This document shows positions 30,623-39,849 of a stretch of 64,000 nt of DNA, piece after piece. Source of the DNA: Flavobacteriaceae bacterium. GTDB taxonomy: Bacteria > Bacteroidota > Bacteroidia > Flavobacteriales > Flavobacteriaceae. The translations under genes were made by a program, and so were the position numbers. The stretch's first letter is position 1; each line of letters opens with the position of its first letter. The stretch is from the NCBI GenBank assembly GCA_030148025.1, contig JASBUG010000037.1:1-64000 (forward strand). The letters run 5' to 3'. Under the pieces are notes generated by a model, which saw nothing but the letters and a program-made list of their open reading frames with translations, was not told where the DNA came from and searched no databases.

Positions 30623-32806
30623 TTAAAAATCCAATCTATAATTCATTTTAAAAGCAATTCCCCAGTTTTGACGGGCTATATGTTTATTGTAATTGTCCGA
30701 GATCACTAAATAGACGTACGATAGAGGTTTGTATTCCCATTGCAAACGACTGTTGATATTGAAATTATCAAACTGTGTATTGTATTGAATATAAGTCGTC
30801 CAGTTTAAACGATTGGAAAAGAAAACTTCTCCTGTAAAACGTGCCAAATGAAAGGTTTCATTACCTAGTTCTTTCAGGTCAATTCCATTTCGTTCGTAGC
30901 GCAACTGCAGTCGAGCTAAAGGCATCAGTCGATATTGAGTGTTTAGACTTATCTGGTTCTTATGTCCGCTGTAATAACTTCCATAGCTTATGTTTCCGCC
31001 GTATTGCAACTTTCTGTTCTTTGCAGAAGAATAGCCTAAACCAGCATCAAAGTAATTGTAGGTATTAGGTACAATAGCATTGCCATTTTTTAATGGATCG
31101 AAAGCATATTTCAAATTGACGTATTCATATCGAAAACCTCCAAAGAGAACAGATTGATCTTTAAATACCAAGTCGTTGTTCAATACTACAGTAGATTGAC
31201 TTAAATTACCTTCATCGTCCCAATAGGTATTGTTCCACAAATTCAAATAGCGATGGTTGTCAATCACCTTAGAGTTTTTGTAGAATTTAGTCAAACTGAT
31301 ACGCCCTCTGGACTGTGTGTACCCTTCTCTTATAACAGTGCCAGAAATAGCGTCGAAATTGTACAAACGCGGTACAAAACCTACGTCGGTAATATAGTTC
31401 TTTTCTACTTTTTTAATTCCCAGATAACCCGAAGCATTGATGTTATTATACCATACTCCTACGTTATAAAAATTGTTATCTTTTGAAACACCATTAGTGG
31501 CACTGGTTGCCAAATTTGCATGCCCAGTCCATTTCTTATTTTTTGATTGGTAGTTTAAGTTCACTCCACCCACTCTGTTGTAATCATCCAAAAAAGATAA
31601 GCCATCTGTTTCTTGCCTATTGATCACAAATCCGGTAGCCGTAAAAGACTTAGAGAGTTGCTGTTGTACTACCAAAGCTCCGTAATTCTGAGCGGCAGTA
31701 TCACCATTAGATTTTGTGGCTACATTCAATACACCCAACCGTGTTTTCTCGGTAATATTTCCTGAGAGCTTTAGACCAAAAGATATTTCATTATTAGCTC
31801 CAATCCTTCTTGAATAAAATGGATTGACTCCCCCTACACCTAAATTGTTAAACAGGTCGCTGTTTTCTAAAAAGAAGTTTCGACGTTCTGGAAAGAATAC
31901 TGAAAAGCGACTTAAGTTAGTGACTTGTCTGTCGACATCTATCTGTGAAAAATCAGGGTTGATGGTAGCATCTAGTTTTAATGAAGAAGTCACATTAACT
32001 TGAACATCTAAACTAGGTTTTACCATATCGTCTTTGGTATTATTCGACACATCTTCAGCGTGATTCATAGTTACGGAAGGTGTGACAGCAAATCGAGAAG
32101 ATTTGTTCTCTGAAAGATTTTCTACCTGAAATGGTTTGGTAAATCGCAAATCAAACAAACTATAATTACGATCAATAGGTGTATTAGTAGTCCACTCATT
32201 CAATTTGATGTTTCGCGTATTAAACAGTACTCCCCATTCTGATGATTCTGCTTTATATCCTAATGCTTTCAAAGGAATTTCTATTTCGTATATTTTTAGG
32301 TTTCCTTGCACAGAAGTTCTGGCATTCCATACCGTATTCCAACTCGTACTTACTCTAAAACCATCTCCTCGTCTGGCAAGCAATGCATCTACTAAAGCAC
32401 CTCCCATATTTACAATAAAGAAAAAACCTGACTGTTGCTGATTATAGGTATCTATCATGATAGCAAACGAATCGCTTTCCCCTCCAGTAACACGGATATG
32501 ATCCCGTTTTAAAGATCCGATTTGTACACGTGGAATACTATCGTGATACACTGCACCTATATATAAATTTTTCCCATTGTGAAACATCTTCACCTCTGTA
32601 GTATTGGACGCAGTTACTCCATTGTTGGGGACATAATTAAAGAAACCTCCTTCAGGGATTAACTCATTCCAAATAGGTTCATTTAATTGACCGTCTAACT
32701 CAATTTTCGTATCGTTAAAAATAATACGTCCTTTTTCTAATTCAGATTGTCCCTGAATTTGTAATGTTATTAAAATTAACCCTAATAGTATTATGATTCT
32801 TTTCAT
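30623..32806 (-). CDS. Outer-membrane protein with a CBM9-like N-terminal domain and a DUF5916 beta-barrel
   Basis: Signal peptide, the IELDGQLNEPIWNEL motif typical of CBM9-like/DUF5916 proteins, and a C-terminal aromatic residue (RLDF). Confidence 0.5.
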   Translation of the reverse strand: MKRIIILLGLILITLQIQGQSELEKGRIIFNDTKIELDGQLNEPIWNELIPEGGFFNYVPNNGVTASNTTEVKMFHNGKNLYIGAVYHDSIPRVQIGSLKRDHIRVTGGESDSFAIMIDTYNQQQSGFFFIVNMGGALVDALLARRGDGFRVSTSWNTVWNARTSVQGNLKIYEIEIPLKALGYKAESSEWGVLFNTRNIKLNEWTTNTPIDRNYSLFDLRFTKPFQVENLSENKSSRFAVTPSVTMNHAEDVSNNTKDDMVKPSLDVQVNVTSSLKLDATINPDFSQIDVDRQVTNLSRFSVFFPERRNFFLENSDLFNNLGVGGVNPFYSRRIGANNEISFGLKLSGNITEKTRLGVLNVATKSNGDTAAQNYGALVVQQQLSKSFTATGFVINRQETDGLSFLDDYNRVGGVNLNYQSKNKKWTGHANLATSATNGVSKDNNFYNVGVWYNNINASGYLGIKKVEKNYITDVGFVPRLYNFDAISGTVIREGYTQSRGRISLTKFYKNSKVIDNHRYLNLWNNTYWDDEGNLSQSTVVLNNDLVFKDQSVLFGGFRYEYVNLKYAFDPLKNGNAIVPNTYNYFDAGLGYSSAKNRKLQYGGNISYGSYYSGHKNQISLNTQYRLMPLARLQLRYERNGIDLKELGNETFHLARFTGEVFFSNRLNWTTYIQYNTQFDNFNINSRLQWEYKPLSYVYLVISDNYNKHIARQNWGIAFKMNYRLDF

Positions 32807-33041
32807 GTAAATAGATTAAAAATTCCAATGTTATGGCTTATGCAAAACACCGACGGGCAAATCTATATGAAGTATCTATTGCTGTTTTAAAAAGTAGACA
32901 GAGGAAGCTTTTTTGCATTTAGAAAACTACATTTGGGAGAAATCAAGTTTTGTCTTCTATATTACTGTTTTTAGCTACAAAAAATTAGGTTTTAGCTATT
33001 TATCATGTACAGCTTTATTAAAATTGTATTTTAGTGGACGT

Positions 33042-34109
33042 ATGAACAGGTCAAAAAACACATCCTCTTTTTTTAGTAATCCAACTGTTAATCACATCCT
33101 GTTTTGGATGGCTGTGTTTGTGTATTTTATAATTACCATCGAGATCCAGTATTTCGGCAGCTATACTGAAGCTATTGAGTCCAGAGCTATTTTGGTAAGT
33201 ATGCAAATTATTATAGCTTACTGCTGCCTTTATGTTTTAATTCCTAGATATTTAACCCCTAAAAAAAACGTACAATTTGTACTAGGGTTGTTTTTGTTAT
33301 TGGCTCTTACCTATACACTTTTCGTATGTATTATGGAGTTTTATTATAATCCAAAGTATTTTAAAAGCGAAGATCCTTCTGCTGTTTTTGATTCTCTTAA
33401 AGGGTTTAGGGATCACATTTTTAAAATAAGGTCCTTTGCTGGTAAATCGGTAAAATTTTTAACACCAACAATCTTACTGGTGATTGCTAAGTTTTATAAA
33501 GAAAAACAAGCCTATTTGCAGCTTAACGAGCAAAAAACATCGGCAGAGTTATCAGCTTTAAAACATCAATTAAATCCGCATTTTTTATTTAATACCCTTA
33601 ATAACTTATATGCCTTATCCATAAATAAATCGGACGAAGCTCCAGAGGTTATTGCAAAGCTTTCTGAAATGCTAGACTATATGTTGTATGGGTGTAATGA
33701 CAAATATGTGCCTTTGTCTAAGGAAATTGAACTTATAGACAATTATCTTGCTTTGGAAAAGATAAGATATGACGAAAGGGTAGCTATTCATTTTAAAAAA
33801 GACATTGAAATGAATGTAAATATTGCTCCATTAATTCTATTAACTTTTATAGAAAATGCTTTTAAACATGGCGTTTCTCAAGAGCTCAAAAAAGCTGATA
33901 TACATATTAACATAGCAGTTAAGAACAACTATATTCTATTTGATATTCATAACTCTATAGCTCAAAATAAACTATCTTTAAATAAGAATCCAATTGGATT
34001 AACCAATGTTAAAAAACAGTTGGATTTATTATATCAAGACGAATATTCTTTAAACATCAATGAAGAGAACAATCGCTTTAATGTATATTTAAAATTGCCA
34101 GTAAAATGA
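33042..34109 (+). CDS. Sensor histidine kinase, LytS/YehU family
   Basis: Multi-TM N-terminus and the His_kinase internal motif LKHQLNPHFLFNTLNNLYAL. The start is taken at the ATG at 33042. Confidence 0.75.
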   Translation: MNRSKNTSSFFSNPTVNHILFWMAVFVYFIITIEIQYFGSYTEAIESRAILVSMQIIIAYCCLYVLIPRYLTPKKNVQFVLGLFLLLALTYTLFVCIMEFYYNPKYFKSEDPSAVFDSLKGFRDHIFKIRSFAGKSVKFLTPTILLVIAKFYKEKQAYLQLNEQKTSAELSALKHQLNPHFLFNTLNNLYALSINKSDEAPEVIAKLSEMLDYMLYGCNDKYVPLSKEIELIDNYLALEKIRYDERVAIHFKKDIEMNVNIAPLILLTFIENAFKHGVSQELKKADIHINIAVKNNYILFDIHNSIAQNKLSLNKNPIGLTNVKKQLDLLYQDEYSLNINEENNRFNVYLKLPVK

Positions 34110-34804
34110 CCTATAAATGTTTAATTATAGACGATGAGAAACTGGCAAGAGGGCTGATTCAAACACATTTATCACAATTAGATGATTTTGAATTGATAGC
34201 CTCATGTGCCAGTGCAATTGAGGCAAGTAAAATATTGCAAGAAGAAACTATTGATTTATTGTTTTTAGACATTGAAATGCCTGTTTTAAAAGGTACAGAC
34301 TTCTTTAAAAATCTAGTGCATAAACCCAAAGTGATTTTTACAACAGCTTATAGAGATTATGCCGTAGAAGGGTTTGAACTAAATGCTGTTGACTATATTT
34401 TAAAACCTATTACTTTTCAGCGTTTCTTTAATGCCATAGAAAAGTTTAGAGCTTTACAAAAAGGAACTAATTCGGAACCAACTACCGTTACAACTTCAGA
34501 AAATAAAGATGCTTTTATTTATATAAGAAAAGACAGAAAACAGGTTAAGGTGCATTTAAATTCCATTTTATATATAGAAAGCTTAAAGGACTATATTAAA
34601 ATACATTTAGAAGAAGAAACACACGTAACAAAGTCTAGTATATCAGCTTTTGAAGAAAAGTTAGACGCTAGGTTTATTAGAGTGCATCGTTCTTACATTA
34701 TTAATAAAGATAAGATTACAGCCTATACCAAGAATGATGTTGAAATTGGGAAAATTGAAATCCCAATAGGCGACAACTTTAGGGGGAATTTCTCTGCTTT
34801 TTAA
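34106..34804 (+). CDS. LytTR-family response regulator
   Basis: REC domain (LIIDDE...D55 region) plus a C-terminal LytTR domain (IRVHRSYIIN). Confidence 0.8.
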   Translation: MTYKCLIIDDEKLARGLIQTHLSQLDDFELIASCASAIEASKILQEETIDLLFLDIEMPVLKGTDFFKNLVHKPKVIFTTAYRDYAVEGFELNAVDYILKPITFQRFFNAIEKFRALQKGTNSEPTTVTTSENKDAFIYIRKDRKQVKVHLNSILYIESLKDYIKIHLEEETHVTKSSISAFEEKLDARFIRVHRSYIINKDKITAYTKNDVEIGKIEIPIGDNFRGNFSAF

Positions 34805-35945
34805 AAAGATAGCTCAGATGAACAATACTCATACTTAAAAACACGCCTAAATATCCAATAAATAGTAACCACATTGTGGAGGTGTTGAATAATTTGTAGC
34901 TTAGGTTTGGGAACACTAAAACTGCTTCAGAAAAAAGAAAACTAATTATATAGAATACCCAAGTAATTGTATTGACTTTATGTTTTAATTCAACCCAAAT
35001 AAAAGGCACAAAAAGACCTAAGAATAATAGATGTAACCACGCAATTAATAAAAACCTACTCTCAACAACTTGATCAGCCAGATATGGATGACTTCCAATA
35101 ATGTTGCAAGATACAATTAGTAAAAGTGTACCATATAAAAACCGATATGATTTTTGTGTATGGATAAATGCTTTTCTAAATTTTAGAAGTATTACAAATA
35201 ATGCTATCGAACTTATAAATCCAATAAATTGAATGCTCCAGTGATCAAAACTATAATCTAAGGAATGTGCGTAAAGTCCAATAAGAGAAAAGGTAATGAT
35301 ATACACATGTTCCTTTTTAAAGATAACGGCAGATCGCTGAATAAGTATTGCTAATAGCCAAATAAAAAGAGAGCCAAAATATTGAAAATGTAAATAGAAA
35401 AATATGGCTTGTTGGTACCATGGTGATTCTTGCATTTCCATAGCCATTAAAGGACCTAAGCAGTAAGGACCTATAGATGAAATGAAGTGAAAAACAATTC
35501 CTATTTTAACTAACTGGGTTAATGGATTGTTTTTATTGATTCTTTTCCAAAGGCGTATTAAAAAGATATAGCTTACCCATAAATGTAGCGTAGAAAATAC
35601 AATGGAAAACAAAGCATATCCTTGAATAATAAAAGTGATTAACATTCCAAATACACAAACCTGTAGAGCTAGATAATATTTATAGGAACGCTTGTCAATG
35701 CCATCAGTAAAATTTGTCCATAGCAACACTACCAAAGCATTGAACAAAAACCCTAAAAGCATTACGTGTGAATGTGAATGCAATACATTTTTTAAAGGAA
35801 ACCCTGGAAGCTCGCCTGTAAAAGCATAGCGTAAAATAAGACCAATTGCTGCTCCTAAAAACCCCAAAAGTATGGGATAGAACCAGAGTTGTTTTTGTGT
35901 TATATTAGATTTCATTTCTTCGTCATGCTGAACTTGTTTCAGCAT
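34779..35945 (-). CDS. Polytopic membrane protein, possibly NnrS family
   Basis: About 12 TM segments. LHSHSHVMLLGFLFNAL resembles the NnrS WHxHEMxFG motif. The real start may be MKSN, 30 nt downstream. Confidence 0.35.
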   Translation of the reverse strand: MLKQVQHDEEMKSNITQKQLWFYPILLGFLGAAIGLILRYAFTGELPGFPLKNVLHSHSHVMLLGFLFNALVVLLWTNFTDGIDKRSYKYYLALQVCVFGMLITFIIQGYALFSIVFSTLHLWVSYIFLIRLWKRINKNNPLTQLVKIGIVFHFISSIGPYCLGPLMAMEMQESPWYQQAIFFYLHFQYFGSLFIWLLAILIQRSAVIFKKEHVYIITFSLIGLYAHSLDYSFDHWSIQFIGFISSIALFVILLKFRKAFIHTQKSYRFLYGTLLLIVSCNIIGSHPYLADQVVESRFLLIAWLHLLFLGLFVPFIWVELKHKVNTITWVFYIISFLFSEAVLVFPNLSYKLFNTSTMWLLFIGYLGVFLSMSIVHLSYLFKKQRNSP

Positions 35946-35954
35946 CTCACATAT

Positions 35955-36233
35955 TTAATAGTTCAAAGTTTCTAGATTTGGATTTAATTTTCTAATTAAA
36001 TTTAGTTTCCATTCTTTATGCCAATTCTTTAATTGTTTTTCTCTTTTTATTGCTTGTTCAATATCTGTAAACTCCTCAAAATAAATAAGGTCTTTAATTT
36101 GATACTTTTTTGTGAATTTTGATGCGACCTCATCGTAATGTTCATATAATCTTTTGGATAAGTTTGTAGTAACTCCAATATAGAAAGTCGTTCTATACTT
36201 ATTGGTTAATATGTAAATAAAGCTATTTTGCAT
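35955..36233 (-). CDS. Small GIY-YIG nuclease-domain protein
   Basis: IYILTNKYRTTFYIGVTTNLSKRLYEH carries the GIY-YIG motifs. Length 92 aa. It is flanked by palindromic hairpins. Confidence 0.7.
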   Translation of the reverse strand: MQNSFIYILTNKYRTTFYIGVTTNLSKRLYEHYDEVASKFTKKYQIKDLIYFEEFTDIEQAIKREKQLKNWHKEWKLNLIRKLNPNLETLNY

Positions 36234-36266
36234 AGATGCGACCCTGAAACGAGTTCAGGGTGACGA

Positions 36267-36884
36267 TTATAACTGCTTTAATATCTCTTGAAATTTATTA
36301 GCATATTCTTTAATCACGTTCTTATCAAAGTAAGGTTCTTCATCTATTCGTCCAATAACAGTCACATCAGTCATTTTTTTGATGATAGCTTCGGTTGTTG
36401 GATGTTCGTTTCCACTAAAAATAATCGAGATATTAAACCCTTTTTCTTTTAAAGCATTAACGGTTAAAAGTGTATGATTAATACTGCCAAGATAATGCCT
36501 TGAAACTACAATCACTTGATAATTAGGTTTTATAATATCTTGAATAGTGTCTTTATCATTTAAAGGAACTAGTAGTCCACCAGCGCCTTCAATTACCAAG
36601 TGGTTCTTGGTTTTAGGCTCCTTAATTTGCTTTAACTCTATACTCACATTATCAATGTTGGCAGCTGCATGCGGACTCATAGGTGTATGCAAAGCATAAG
36701 AATTAGGGTGAAATATTGACTTAGAATTGGAAATAAAATTCTCAACTTTTCGGGTGTCACAATTATCTAATTCGCCTGCTTGAACAGGTTTCCAATAATC
36801 TGCTTCAAGTGCTTCTGTAACTATAGCTGATGCAACTGTTTTTCCTACCTCGGTCGAAATACCTGTTATAAAAATACGCTTCAT
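36267..36884 (-). CDS. bioD: Dethiobiotin synthetase
   Basis: IFITGISTEVGKTV P-loop with the BioD pattern. Length 205 aa. Confidence 0.85.
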   Translation of the reverse strand: MKRIFITGISTEVGKTVASAIVTEALEADYWKPVQAGELDNCDTRKVENFISNSKSIFHPNSYALHTPMSPHAAANIDNVSIELKQIKEPKTKNHLVIEGAGGLLVPLNDKDTIQDIIKPNYQVIVVSRHYLGSINHTLLTVNALKEKGFNISIIFSGNEHPTTEAIIKKMTDVTVIGRIDEEPYFDKNVIKEYANKFQEILKQL

Positions 36885-37261
36885 TAAAATATGGTTTTAC
36901 AGTCGTTGCAGATATATTTTGTCTTTTCAAAAAAAGGGAACAGCATAAAAAATATATTCTTACGCTCTAGAGGTGCAATCAATGCTCGCGTAGAATTGCA
37001 ATTTGTACAATGTAAAGCATTACCATTTTTGTCTTTTTGATACTCTCTAATGTTGTTGTAGATATCTACAGCTTTTTCAAAGTCATCATTAAAAACAAGT
37101 AATTTCACACCTCCTATGGCTTGACTTATAAGAGGATCGGAATCAATGGTTTTTTCATCCATAAGCATTGTTCTAATGCCTTCCGATTCCAGTTTAGAAG
37201 TGGTTACTTGTGCTTCTGTTGAGTATTCAAAAACAGCCAGTACTTTATAGTTGTCTTGCAT
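36884..37261 (-). CDS. DUF2007-like domain fused to a C-terminal Cys4 zinc ribbon, embedded in the bioF-bioD operon
   Basis: KVLAVFEYSTEAQVTTSKLESEGI...VFNDDFEKAVDIYN has the DUF2007 pattern. It is followed by CTNCNS...CNDC. The stop and start overlap its neighbours. Confidence 0.45.
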   Translation of the reverse strand: MQDNYKVLAVFEYSTEAQVTTSKLESEGIRTMLMDEKTIDSDPLISQAIGGVKLLVFNDDFEKAVDIYNNIREYQKDKNGNALHCTNCNSTRALIAPLERKNIFFMLFPFFEKTKYICNDCKTIF

Positions 37262-37263
37262 AG

Positions 37264-38412
37264 TTAATTTATTTCTTTTACAAAAGTAGCTAAGAGCGCC
37301 AACACTTTTGTTATTTCTTTTTCGGTATTATAGCTGTGAATACAAAATCGTAAACGTTCTTCACCTTCAGGAACAGTAGGAGACATAATCGGCTTTACAT
37401 CAAAGCCGTTTTCTTGCAAATGATTGGCAATGGTTTTTACGTTGTTATTTCCTGAAATAATACACGATTGAATTGTCGATACACTTTCAATAAAATGCTT
37501 TTCAATATTCAAAGCTCTTAATTCGGACTTGAAAAATGAGATGTTTTTATGAACTTTTGAAATTGCTTCAGAACCTATTAATAGGTTGTAAGCAGTATGA
37601 ATTGTAGCTAGAGAATGAGGCGGTAAACCTGTGGTATAAATAAAGCTTCTACAGAAATTTACTAAATACTGTTTTAGCAAAGTACTGCCTAATACTGCAG
37701 CACCATGGCAACCTAGCCCTTTTCCAAAGGTGACAATGCGAGCAAAGATATCATGCTCTAATTCTAACGATTGAACTAAACCACAACCATTCTTTCCGAA
37801 AACACCAAGAGCGTGAGCTTCATCAACAATTAGGTAGGCGTTGTAATCTTTACACAGGGAAGCCAATGCAACTAGGTTTGGAGTATCACCATCCATTGAA
37901 AATATTGATTCGGTAACCACATAAATATCATGATTCCCATTAGAAACACGATCGATCATTTTATCAAGATCGACCAAATCGTTGTGTTTAAATTTATAGG
38001 ATTTGGCTTGACTCATGGTAATACCATCCCGAATAGAAGCATGAATTAGCTCATCATACAGAATAACATCACCACGTTGTGGAATGGCTCCAAAAAGACC
38101 TAGGTTAGCATCATAACCTGAATTAAAAATTAGTGCCGATTCACTATCGTGAAACTCACATAATAACGCTTCACAGGTATCATATAACTTATGATTTCCA
38201 GTTAATAATCGTGATCCAGTCGCTCCATTTTCAAATCCATGATCAAGTAAATATTGATGCGCTTCTTTAAAAATGATTTCAGATTTTGAGAACCCTAAAT
38301 AATCATTAGTTGAAAAGTCAATCAATTCATTTTGAACTCCCAATTCACGTAAGGAATTGGTTGCTTTTCGCTGATCTAGCTTTCTCTGAAGTCTTTCTGG
38401 AAAATGTGTCAT
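37264..38412 (-). CDS. bioF: 8-amino-7-oxononanoate synthase
   Basis: STNDYLGFS and the PLP-lysine region (FGKGLG). Class-II aminotransferase. Length 382 aa. Confidence 0.85.
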   Translation of the reverse strand: MTHFPERLQRKLDQRKATNSLRELGVQNELIDFSTNDYLGFSKSEIIFKEAHQYLLDHGFENGATGSRLLTGNHKLYDTCEALLCEFHDSESALIFNSGYDANLGLFGAIPQRGDVILYDELIHASIRDGITMSQAKSYKFKHNDLVDLDKMIDRVSNGNHDIYVVTESIFSMDGDTPNLVALASLCKDYNAYLIVDEAHALGVFGKNGCGLVQSLELEHDIFARIVTFGKGLGCHGAAVLGSTLLKQYLVNFCRSFIYTTGLPPHSLATIHTAYNLLIGSEAISKVHKNISFFKSELRALNIEKHFIESVSTIQSCIISGNNNVKTIANHLQENGFDVKPIMSPTVPEGEERLRFCIHSYNTEKEITKVLALLATFVKEIN

Positions 38413-38423
38413 TGAGGCAAAGA

Positions 38424-38455
38424 TAATTAATGATTTTCAACCTTTTCATTAATTA
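38424..38455. promoter_or_regulatory. 10 bp inverted repeat (TAATTAATGA-N12-TCATTAATTA), 11-43 nt upstream of the bioF start; candidate operator
   Basis: Perfect palindrome read directly. The region is AT-rich, so chance is not excluded. Confidence 0.25.
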
Positions 38456-38514
38456 GCTTACAAGTCATTATTATCTTTTTTAGATAAAAAATTATTGTAA
38501 AACGATAATTTTAT

Positions 38515-38522
38515 TATATTTG
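38515..38522 (+). promoter_or_regulatory. -7 element (TATATTTG) for the Zn-ribbon/DUF2975/XRE operon
   Basis: TAnnTTTG, 40 nt before the ATG at 38562. Confidence 0.3.
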
Positions 38523-38561
38523 CATTGTCATCAATCGTAAAATCAATCAAAAAAACGTGTT

Positions 38562-38768
38562 ATGTCAAGGAACCAAGAAACAAATCAAGTTAGGGTAAAA
38601 GGAAAAAAATTAGAGTGTCATCATTGCAATAATGATACATTTTGGAAGAGAGAAACTTTAATGAACACACCAGGAATGACTTTTTTTAAACTGGACTGGG
38701 CCAACAAACGAGCACAGAATTATATATGCGATAATTGTGGTTACGTGCATTGGTTTATGAATAAATAA
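38562..38768 (+). CDS. Small Cys4 zinc-ribbon protein (DUF2082-like nucleic-acid-binding type)
   Basis: CHHCNNDTF...CDNCGYVHWF is a CxxC...CxxCGY pattern. Length 68 aa. Confidence 0.45.
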   Translation: MSRNQETNQVRVKGKKLECHHCNNDTFWKRETLMNTPGMTFFKLDWANKRAQNYICDNCGYVHWFMNK

Positions 38769-38777
38769 TATCTGGTT

Positions 38778-39293
38778 ATGAAAACAAAACGTATACTTAA
38801 AATAATGCATGTACTTGCTTGGGTGGCTTTTATTGGGTTATCCATAAAAGCAGGAGCTATTATTGTGTCTTATTTTTTAAGCTTTGGTAATGAAAATGCT
38901 GGTAAAGATTTATATGAAGGAATAAATTATTTTGCCTACAAACAAAACAATACAACTCATTACTCCATACTTGTAATGTATAGAGTTTTACAATTTAGTG
39001 TACAAGCATATGTTGCTTTTTTAGTTATAAAACTATTGAGTAATCTTAATATTCAAAAACCTTTTAATAATAATGCTTTAAAATGGATGCAAAGAATCAC
39101 TTATTGTCTTATAACCCTTTGGGCAATAGTGGTGATACATAACATTCATGTAGGTGTTTTAGAGGCAAGTACAGGAGTAAAGGCAACTTTATTATCTAGT
39201 GAATTTGTTTATATAGCAGGTATTGTATATGTGTTTTCTTTACTATTTAAAAGAGGATTGGAATTACAATCTGAAAATGATTTAACTATATAA
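38778..39293 (+). CDS. DUF2975 family membrane protein; paralog A
   Basis: Four TM segments with a C-terminal ...SENDLTI. Adjacent to an XRE regulator, the typical DUF2975 context. Confidence 0.55.
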   Translation: MKTKRILKIMHVLAWVAFIGLSIKAGAIIVSYFLSFGNENAGKDLYEGINYFAYKQNNTTHYSILVMYRVLQFSVQAYVAFLVIKLLSNLNIQKPFNNNALKWMQRITYCLITLWAIVVIHNIHVGVLEASTGVKATLLSSEFVYIAGIVYVFSLLFKRGLELQSENDLTI

Positions 39294-39297
39294 TTAT

Positions 39298-39846
39298 ATG
39301 AAGACTATAAATATTTTAAAAACACTAATAAACATCTTATTTGTTTTATTAATTGGAACTCTAGTTTTAGGAGGGGTTTTTATAATTGCTGTACTATTTT
39401 TTGACAAAGAGCTTCCTTTCTTTTTGCAAGGTTATACATTGTTGTTCAAGATGTTTGATTGGAAGTTGTTTTTAATTCCATTTACAACTGTTCTAAATTT
39501 TATAGTGTTTGTTGTAGCAGTTTTTTATTTGCGAAAATGTATTCAGCCATTTAAAAATTCTGACTTTTATAGTCCAGATATTATTGTAAACCTCAAACGG
39601 TCTGGTTTTTTGTTTGTCTTTATTGGTATAAGTACTGTAGTTTTTAGAATTGTTGGAATTTTGCTTATGCAAGGGCAAATGCCAGTTGTTGGAGGAGTTT
39701 CTAGCGTAAAAATAGCAGGAATAGTAACGTCAACTTTAGATTTGTCAGTGACTTTTTTGATAATCATTGGATTATTCTTTTTGCTATTTAGCAAAGCATT
39801 TGAAAACGCTAAAGATTTGAAACAAGAAAACGACTTAACCATTTAA
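39298..39846 (+). CDS. DUF2975 family membrane protein; paralog B
   Basis: Four TM segments with a C-terminal ...QENDLTI. Tandem with the gene above. Confidence 0.55.
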   Translation: MKTINILKTLINILFVLLIGTLVLGGVFIIAVLFFDKELPFFLQGYTLLFKMFDWKLFLIPFTTVLNFIVFVVAVFYLRKCIQPFKNSDFYSPDIIVNLKRSGFLFVFIGISTVVFRIVGILLMQGQMPVVGGVSSVKIAGIVTSTLDLSVTFLIIIGLFFLLFSKAFENAKDLKQENDLTI

Positions 39847-39849
39847 TTT

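Noticed and set aside
39493-39842. Two antisense ORFs within the DUF2975 paralog
   Set aside because: They are embedded in a conserved membrane-protein CDS. The translation is an AT-rich artefact.
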